A DNA stretch of 64,000 bases from an uncultured Alphaproteobacteria bacterium (GTDB taxonomy: Bacteria; Pseudomonadota; Alphaproteobacteria; RF32; CAG-239): NCBI GenBank assembly GCA_944392275.1, contig CALXWA010000001.1:4737-68736 (forward strand), read 5' to 3'. This document shows, in pieces, positions 57,717 through 64,000 of the stretch. Position 1 is the stretch's first letter, and every line of letters starts with the position of its first letter. A model generated the notes under the pieces. The model made no database searches. It saw nothing but the letters and a program-made list of their open reading frames with translations, and was not told where the DNA came from. The translations under genes and the position numbers were made by a program.

Positions 57717-60164
57717 ATGAAGAAGTTATTGTTGTTAATTACGGTATTGGCGTTTATCAGTTTTAACGCAAATGCACAAACTTCCTCCAATGTGACCAAC
57801 ATCAGTGCGGATTTGAATTATGCCGAAATCAATAATCGGCTGGCAACAATTACCAAAAGCCTTTTAAAATCAACTCCCAAACCGGAAGATGTTAAAGCCG
57901 ATGCACAATATATCGGAGATATTCGCAATCAACTTCTTTCAACGAAAAAAGATTTAGAACATAACCTTAAATATATTGAGAAAAAAATAGACGCACTCGG
58001 AGAAAAGCCCGAGGACGGGAGCAAAGAAGTTCCGTTAATTGCTCAAAAACGCAAAGAATTTAATGCGGAATTATCCACCCAAAAGGCTCGTATTGCCGAA
58101 GCGGATATTCTCTTAACCCGCTTAGATGAGGTTGATTTACAAATCATCAACTACAGAAATAGTGAGCTGTTGGATGATATTATGATTCGGACGGAACCTT
58201 TAATCTATCCGAGCGTCTTATTAAAGGGAACCGGAAGTTTTGTTACCTTTATTTGGGATATTATTAAATCACCGCTAAATTGGTACGACAGCCTGAATGC
58301 AGATGAGCAAAATACCTTAAAATCCAAAGGGATACCGGTACTGTTTTTGGTATTGTTGGTATCTTTGTTCGGGTGGTATTTAAGAACCTTGATTATGCGT
58401 TATTTTGGTTATTCTCCCGAGATTGATTTTCCGCGTTATGGCAAAAAAGTATCGGCCGCGGTCGCGGTGGCAATTGCCTATGGTGTTATTCCGGCCTTTA
58501 TTATCGGAACCTTTTTAGTTTTGTTATACAGCTTAGGCGTATTTAACTCTGATTTCTTTGGCAAAACATTGCTGAGCTTTTTATATTATTCATTATTTGT
58601 GATTTTGGGACGGGCTATTTCTCGGGTTATCTTTGCCCCATATAATGAAAGATGGCGTTTAGTTAATGTTGAAAATGAGAAGGCTCTTCGCGTAACGCAT
58701 GCTCTTTATTTTAGTGTTTTGGTAATTGGAATATCTTCTTTTTTAACTCATGTATCAACATTTGGAAATTACACAAACGGCCTTGTTCCGTTATTAACGG
58801 CAGTATCTTCGGGAATAAAGGCGTTTTGCATTATTTTGGTTGTTAAAAGATTGTTATGGGATAAACCTTCCTCAACCACCGACGAGGAGGAAGAGGATAA
58901 TGATGACGATACCTCGGAAGAAGCCGAAGGAGAAGACAATAAAGATGATAAGTTGGTTCGTTTTACCATAATTTTATCTTTATTTTTAATTGTTTCTTTC
59001 GGAATTTCGTTATTTGGGTATCCGTATTTATCGGCCTTTATTCTCAATCGTTTTATCACGTCAGTAATATTAATCGGTATTTTGATAGCATTGCGTAAAG
59101 TTTTTTATGATGCAATTCATCGTTTGTTGTTGTTACGCCTGTGGGTAAAGACGTTCCGGTTAAGACGCCGTCTTATTCGTAAACTTGATTTTTGGTCCGG
59201 AATTATTATTGATCCGCTATTTGTTTTGATAGGAGGATTCGTAATCTTATCTTTATGGGGCGTACCAACGGATATGCTGAGCAATTTAATTGTTCGTTTA
59301 TTTACCGGGTTTAAGATTGGCGGGGTTGAGATCTCCCTGATTGCAATCATTTTAGGAATTATTGCATACTTTTTAGTTATAGCCTTATTCCGTGGAATAC
59401 GTCGTCGTTTACAAGATAATGTCTTTTCCAAAATGGATATGGACGATGGAATTAAACACTCCCTAATTGCCGGAATAAGTTTTGTTGGTTACGTGATAGC
59501 GATATTAGTTGCAGTTTTAATCATGGGGGCGGACTTAAGTAACCTTGCCTTGGTAGCCGGTGCTTTATCCGTTGGTATTGGTTTAGGCTTGCAAAATATT
59601 GTTAATAACTTTGTTTCCGGAATTATCTTATTGTTTGAACGGCCGATAAAGGTCGGAGACTGGGTTTTAATTAACGGAGAGGAAGGCAAGGTAAAGCAGA
59701 TTAACATCCGTTCAACAGAAGTTGAAACATTCAAAAAGTCGAGCTTGATTATTCCGAACGCAACATTGTTATCCTCCTCAATAACCAATCTGACGCATAG
59801 CAACAATGCGGCAAGAATGTCTTTGATGGTTGGTGTCGCCTATGGTACGGATCCGCGAAAAGTCGAACAAATTTTGTTGGAATGTGCGGCAAAGCATCGG
59901 AGAGTCTTAAAAAATCCGGCTCCCTGCGTTATCTTTAAGGACTTTGGCGACAACAGTATGAACTTTGAATTAAGATGCCATACCAATGATATATGGAATG
60001 GGTGGAGTATTCCGAGTGATCTTCGCTATGAGATTGTTAAAAGATTTGATGAAGAGGGAATTGTTATTCCGTTCCCGCAAAGAGTCTTACATTTTGGAGA
60101 TATGGACAATACCCCTCTCAAAGTAGTTATTGATAAACAAAAGGACGAGTCAGATGTTGATTAA
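57717..60164 (+). CDS. Mechanosensitive ion channel, MscS/MscK family, with an acidic insertion
   Basis: Signal peptide, multiple transmembrane helices, and the MscS pore/beta domain GLQNIVNNFVSGIILLFERPIKVGDWVLINGEEGKV.QINIRSTEVETF. It carries an unusual DEEEEDNDDDTSEEAEGEDNKDD insert. Confidence 0.8.
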   Translation: MKKLLLLITVLAFISFNANAQTSSNVTNISADLNYAEINNRLATITKSLLKSTPKPEDVKADAQYIGDIRNQLLSTKKDLEHNLKYIEKKIDALGEKPEDGSKEVPLIAQKRKEFNAELSTQKARIAEADILLTRLDEVDLQIINYRNSELLDDIMIRTEPLIYPSVLLKGTGSFVTFIWDIIKSPLNWYDSLNADEQNTLKSKGIPVLFLVLLVSLFGWYLRTLIMRYFGYSPEIDFPRYGKKVSAAVAVAIAYGVIPAFIIGTFLVLLYSLGVFNSDFFGKTLLSFLYYSLFVILGRAISRVIFAPYNERWRLVNVENEKALRVTHALYFSVLVIGISSFLTHVSTFGNYTNGLVPLLTAVSSGIKAFCIILVVKRLLWDKPSSTTDEEEEDNDDDTSEEAEGEDNKDDKLVRFTIILSLFLIVSFGISLFGYPYLSAFILNRFITSVILIGILIALRKVFYDAIHRLLLLRLWVKTFRLRRRLIRKLDFWSGIIIDPLFVLIGGFVILSLWGVPTDMLSNLIVRLFTGFKIGGVEISLIAIILGIIAYFLVIALFRGIRRRLQDNVFSKMDMDDGIKHSLIAGISFVGYVIAILVAVLIMGADLSNLALVAGALSVGIGLGLQNIVNNFVSGIILLFERPIKVGDWVLINGEEGKVKQINIRSTEVETFKKSSLIIPNATLLSSSITNLTHSNNAARMSLMVGVAYGTDPRKVEQILLECAAKHRRVLKNPAPCVIFKDFGDNSMNFELRCHTNDIWNGWSIPSDLRYEIVKRFDEEGIVIPFPQRVLHFGDMDNTPLKVVIDKQKDESDVD

Positions 60165-61485
60165 GGACTTACAAGGCAAACGCATTACAATCTGGGGAAT
60201 GGGAACAGAAGGACAAAGCGTCAAAGAATATCTGGAAAAACATAAAATTCCCGCCGCATTATGGGAATACAATGATGCGGATGGTAATAAAAAATTAGAT
60301 AAGCTTTTAGAAAAAACAGATATCATCATCCGCTCTCCCGGGGTCAGCATCTATAAAGATGAAGTAAAAAAAGCCAAAGTTAGAGGGATTCAATTTACCT
60401 CGAGTTCGGATTTGTTTTTAAATGAAATGTTGACCAATCACCCGCAAACACAAGTCATCGGTATAAGTGGTTCCAAGGGTAAAAGTACCAGTGTCAGCAT
60501 GTTATACCATATCTTAAAATCTTTTGGCTGTAAGGTCGCTTTAGGGGGAAATATCGGAAAACCTTTGATAGACTTGATTGATGAAAAATACGATTTTGTT
60601 GTTGGGGAATTTTCGAGCTATCAGGCCAGTGATTTAACGGCATCACCGCAAATTGTAATGTTTACCAATTTATTTTCGGTTCATACAGATTGGCACCGTG
60701 GCCATGAAAACTATTGTTTAGATAAAATGCATTTGGCGGCTTATCAAAAAAACGGGGATATATGCTTTGTAAATGACCGTAACGAACAGCTCAAACATTA
60801 TGCAAAAGTTTTGCGTAATGTTTGTTATTATGATGTTAAAGAAGGCTTTCATGCCGAAGGCAGAGATTTATATTATGGAACGGATATTATTGCCAATATT
60901 AAAGATTTTAAGTTTAGCGGCAATCATAATTTAGATAATCTGTCCGGAGTTTTGAGCATTATTAAATATTTAGGTTTTGATATTCGATTAGCAATTAATT
61001 TTCTCAAGAGTTTTGAACCTCTGCCGCATCGTTTGCAAAAGGTGGCGACAATTGATGATGTCTTGTTTATTAACGACAGTATCTCTACGGCACCGGAAGC
61101 GGCTATCGGCGGAATGAAAAGTTTTGATGATCGAATGGCCATTATTTCCGGAGGGATTGAAAATCAACAAGATTATACCGAATATGCCAAGTACATTCAA
61201 GATAATCCCAAAGTAAAAGTTGCTGTCACGCTCTTTCAGTGCGGCAAACAGATTGCGGATGCCATTAAAACTTATGTAACTCGAAAAGATTTTGTTTTAA
61301 TTGAAGCGGAAAGTCTGGAAGAAGGGGTGGAAAAAGCCTTTATAGAATTAAAGAAAGTAAAAGGGACTTTGATTTTATTTTCTCCGACGGCTCCAAGTTT
61401 TGGGTATTATAAAAACTTCATGGAAAGGGGGGAGCATTTTATAAAAATTGTAAAGAATTTAGAGAAAAACAATCCTTCAAAATAA
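60154..61485 (+). CDS. murD: UDP-N-acetylmuramoylalanine--D-glutamate ligase (MurD-like Mur ligase), outside a dcw cluster
   Basis: N-terminal Rossmann-like KRITIWGMGTEGQSV...IIRSPGVS. Mur ligase P-loop GISGSKGKSTSVSM. The ATG at 60154 overlaps the channel gene by 11 nt. Confidence 0.6.
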   Translation: MLIKDLQGKRITIWGMGTEGQSVKEYLEKHKIPAALWEYNDADGNKKLDKLLEKTDIIIRSPGVSIYKDEVKKAKVRGIQFTSSSDLFLNEMLTNHPQTQVIGISGSKGKSTSVSMLYHILKSFGCKVALGGNIGKPLIDLIDEKYDFVVGEFSSYQASDLTASPQIVMFTNLFSVHTDWHRGHENYCLDKMHLAAYQKNGDICFVNDRNEQLKHYAKVLRNVCYYDVKEGFHAEGRDLYYGTDIIANIKDFKFSGNHNLDNLSGVLSIIKYLGFDIRLAINFLKSFEPLPHRLQKVATIDDVLFINDSISTAPEAAIGGMKSFDDRMAIISGGIENQQDYTEYAKYIQDNPKVKVAVTLFQCGKQIADAIKTYVTRKDFVLIEAESLEEGVEKAFIELKKVKGTLILFSPTAPSFGYYKNFMERGEHFIKIVKNLEKNNPSK

Positions 61486-61548
61486 AGTGAAAAAAGCAAT
61501 AAATAGTGCTTGCAATTTAAACAAAGTTATGTATTTTAATTAGCAGTT

Positions 61549-61606
<58 letters not shown>

Positions 61607-61624
<18 letters not shown>

Positions 61625-62000
61625 TAAAAATTCCCCGAGAGGGGATTTTTTTGTGCCAAAATAAAGACCGCTCGAACTACCGAGGAAGGAGTTCGACCAG
61701 GAGGAGCAGGCGAGACGGAAGTATCGCCGCCCTTGCGACGACGCAGCGACGCCGCTTTTATAAAAGCGAAGTCAGTCTACTAACCGGCACCATAAAAATT
61801 CCCCGAGAGGGGATTTTTTTGTGCCAAAATAAAGACCGCTCGAACTACCGAGGAAGGAGTTCGACCAGGAGGAGCAGGCGAGACGGAAGTATCGCCGCCC
61901 TTGCGACGACGCAGCGACGCCGCTTTTATAAAAGCGAAGTCAGTCTACTAACCGGCACCATAAAAATTCCCCGAGAGGGGATTTTTTTGTGCCAAAATAA
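61607..62000 (+). repeat. Tandem 168-bp direct repeats (2 full + 1 partial) starting inside the 3' end of tRNA-Thr
   Basis: Each unit is GTCTACTAACCGGCACCA (the tRNA 3' end), the terminator hairpin AAAAATTCCCCGAGAGGGGATTTTTTT, and a ~95-bp GC-rich module. Unit starts at 61607, 61775 and 61943. Confidence 0.85.
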
Positions 62001-62044
62001 AAAGCTTCATAGACTTTCTAAAAAAAATCCCTATAGTTGATAGT

Positions 62045-63052
62045 ATGACAAAAGAAAGTTTATCCGCCCAACTCCTAAATTGGTATCAACAAAACGGCCG
62101 GTCGCTACCGTGGCGACATAAAGGCGGAGCTCATCCGGATCCTTATACTGTCCTTGTATCAGAATTTATGCTCCAACAAACCGGAGTAAAAACAGTTATT
62201 CCCTATTTTCAAAAATTTATGGAACGTTTTCCGCAGATAGAAGATTTGGCCAACGCAACTCAAGAAGAAGTCTATTTGTATTGGCAAGGGCTAGGGTATT
62301 ATTCTCGGGCCAGAGCCTTGCATGCAACGGCTCAAAAGATTGTTCATGAGCTTTTAGGTAGTTTTCCTCAAAACCGTAAAGATGTCTTAAAACTTAAAGG
62401 GATTGGCCCCTATACGGCATCAAGTTTTTTGGCGTTAGCTTTTAATAAAGCAGAAACCGTTATTGATGGTAATGTTATTCGTGTCATTTGCCGAATGTAT
62501 CATTTAACACAACCCATTACGGAAATTATGGATGAAATTTATCAAAAAGCATCGCAACTAACCGATCAAAAATCTCCGGCCGACTATGCCTCTGCTATTA
62601 TGGACTTAGGGGCCATGATTTGTACCCCAAAAAATCCCCAGTGTTTACTTTGCCCATGGCAAAAAAGCTGCCAGTCAACGGGAAAAACAGATCTTGAAAA
62701 AATCCCGCAAAAGGCAAAATTAGCCAAAAAAGAAAGACAAGGAAGCGTTTATATAATCCGTAATGGTAAAGGGGAGATTTTTATTCGCAAAAGGACGGAG
62801 AAAGGACTATTGGCAGGGTTGTACGAATTTCCATGGTGCGAAGAAGGGCAAATTTGTATGGAAGCTCTGCCTCAAGACAGTGGCAAAAAAGTAACGCATG
62901 TATTTAGCCATTTTAAGCTAATTTTATCAATATATTTTGTTAATACGGAAAAGCAATTAACAAATGGCTTTTTCATTCCGGAAGCCAAATTAGCAAACTA
63001 TCCGTTTTCAACACTTATGAAAAAAGTTTACAATAAAATAAAAGCTCCCTAA
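62045..63052 (+). CDS. mutY: A/G-specific adenine DNA glycosylase MutY
   Basis: LLNWYQQNGRSLPWR, HhH-GPD region, 4Fe-4S cysteines (C...C..C....C), C-terminal NUDIX-like domain. Confidence 0.85.
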   Translation: MTKESLSAQLLNWYQQNGRSLPWRHKGGAHPDPYTVLVSEFMLQQTGVKTVIPYFQKFMERFPQIEDLANATQEEVYLYWQGLGYYSRARALHATAQKIVHELLGSFPQNRKDVLKLKGIGPYTASSFLALAFNKAETVIDGNVIRVICRMYHLTQPITEIMDEIYQKASQLTDQKSPADYASAIMDLGAMICTPKNPQCLLCPWQKSCQSTGKTDLEKIPQKAKLAKKERQGSVYIIRNGKGEIFIRKRTEKGLLAGLYEFPWCEEGQICMEALPQDSGKKVTHVFSHFKLILSIYFVNTEKQLTNGFFIPEAKLANYPFSTLMKKVYNKIKAP

Positions 63053-63071
63053 GAAGGGAGCCTTATTGAAT

Positions 63072-63947
63072 TTATTGAAAAGTACTGTTAAATAAGGGGA
63101 TTCCCTTTTCCATCTTAATTCGTTGTTGCTCTAAAATAGTCGCCAGGTTTAATTTTCCGCTCCGAATCATTCCGCGAACCTGACAGCTCTTGGTCGTATC
63201 CGGATTGGCAAAAAGATAATTAACCATAGCTCTTTTGGGAGCCCCGTACAAAATTTGATGCAAACAAACCAACAATCCGTTACCAACCAAATCATAGGCC
63301 ATATCTTCACTAATGCCGGTTGCTGCAGAATATTTAACCAAAGCATTAACGGCATCGGCTACATTGTTAGCATGAATGGTGGAAATAACCAAGTGTCCGG
63401 AAGTTGCGGCTCTTAAAGCCTCGCTGGCAACTTCAGGCGTCCGGATTTCACCCAACAAAATGTATCGTGGTTTAGAACGCAAAGCCGATTTCAAACCTTC
63501 TTCCCATTTTCCTTCAGGAGGAACGGTTTGTTTGCATAACCCAAGCTCCCCATTAACAGCAAGATACTCATTATCCAAAGGCATCTCAATCGGATCTTCA
63601 ATCGTAAAAGCGTATCCGCCTTTTTGTCTAAGATATTCTTTGAGTAAAGAAGAAGCCGTCGTGCTTTTTCCCGATCCGGTAGCTCCGGCCAACAAAATCA
63701 AGCCGGAAGCACCAGCTAAAGAAACCAATTGGTTATAAACATTTTTAGGCAACCCCAATTGCGACAAGTCAGGAACTTCAATAGGCATTTTACGGGCACA
63801 AAATTGCTCTCCGTTAAGAGCAATAGTACGCTCAATACGATAATTTCTTCCTCTATAAGGCAAAAGGTAACTAGGATTTTTTCCGTCATAATGTTGCAGT
63901 AATTCTTGATAAAAATCGTTAAAATCATCAAAAACAATTTTCATCAA
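63072..63947 (-). CDS. PilT/VirB11-family secretion NTPase (short form)
   Basis: Walker A LLAGATGSGKSTT, Asp box, LLGEIRT and His box VISTIHANN typical of T2SS/T4P/T4SS ATPases. Confidence 0.6.
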   Translation of the reverse strand: MMKIVFDDFNDFYQELLQHYDGKNPSYLLPYRGRNYRIERTIALNGEQFCARKMPIEVPDLSQLGLPKNVYNQLVSLAGASGLILLAGATGSGKSTTASSLLKEYLRQKGGYAFTIEDPIEMPLDNEYLAVNGELGLCKQTVPPEGKWEEGLKSALRSKPRYILLGEIRTPEVASEALRAATSGHLVISTIHANNVADAVNALVKYSAATGISEDMAYDLVGNGLLVCLHQILYGAPKRAMVNYLFANPDTTKSCQVRGMIRSGKLNLATILEQQRIKMEKGIPLFNSTFQ

Positions 63948-64000
63948 TCCGCATGTTGATTTTCCCGTCCAAATATAACATAATTTTTCAGGGGTAATAT

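Overview
This 64-kb window reads as an AT-rich chromosomal segment of an alphaproteobacterium with a reduced, host-associated look; the alphaproteobacterial placement is inference, not a database result. It rests on a CtrA-type response regulator, an S16 protein with a lysine/alanine-rich tail, a flagellar fliI-fliJ pair and birA-rnj synteny. Most of the window is housekeeping: an Slt-type lytic transglycosylase, a cyclophilin, queH, mnmA, ybaK, a deaminase, mutS, rplM-rpsI, sodB, the ffh-rpsP-rimM-trmD-rplS operon, an asd-like gene, an MscS-family channel, murD, mutY, and three tRNAs (Lys-UUU, Glu-CUC, Thr-CGU). Between these sit accessory pieces that deserve a second look: (i) a three-gene minus-strand operon of a retropepsin-like 'zinc protease', a 7TM transglutaminase-like membrane protein and a RimK-like ATP-grasp ligase. 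(ii) An 849-aa secreted protein with eukaryote-like cysteine-rich repeats, a PKD-like module and about 14 BspA-type leucine-rich repeats. (iii) A very AT-rich islet beside tRNA-Glu carrying a 954-aa Asn/Lys-rich ORF, bracketed by two copies of a roughly 120-nt element that looks like a small-RNA gene. (iv) Tandem 168-bp repeats that re-duplicate the 3' end of tRNA-Thr and carry a GC-rich foreign-looking module. (v) Three divergent NuoL/M/N-like membrane proteins sitting alone in front of birA-rnj. (vi) A stand-alone HydE-like radical SAM gene. (vii) Several paralogous hypothetical gene pairs. No CRISPR array, transposase or integrase is visible. All calls come from reading the ORF translations and the DNA by eye; no searches were run.
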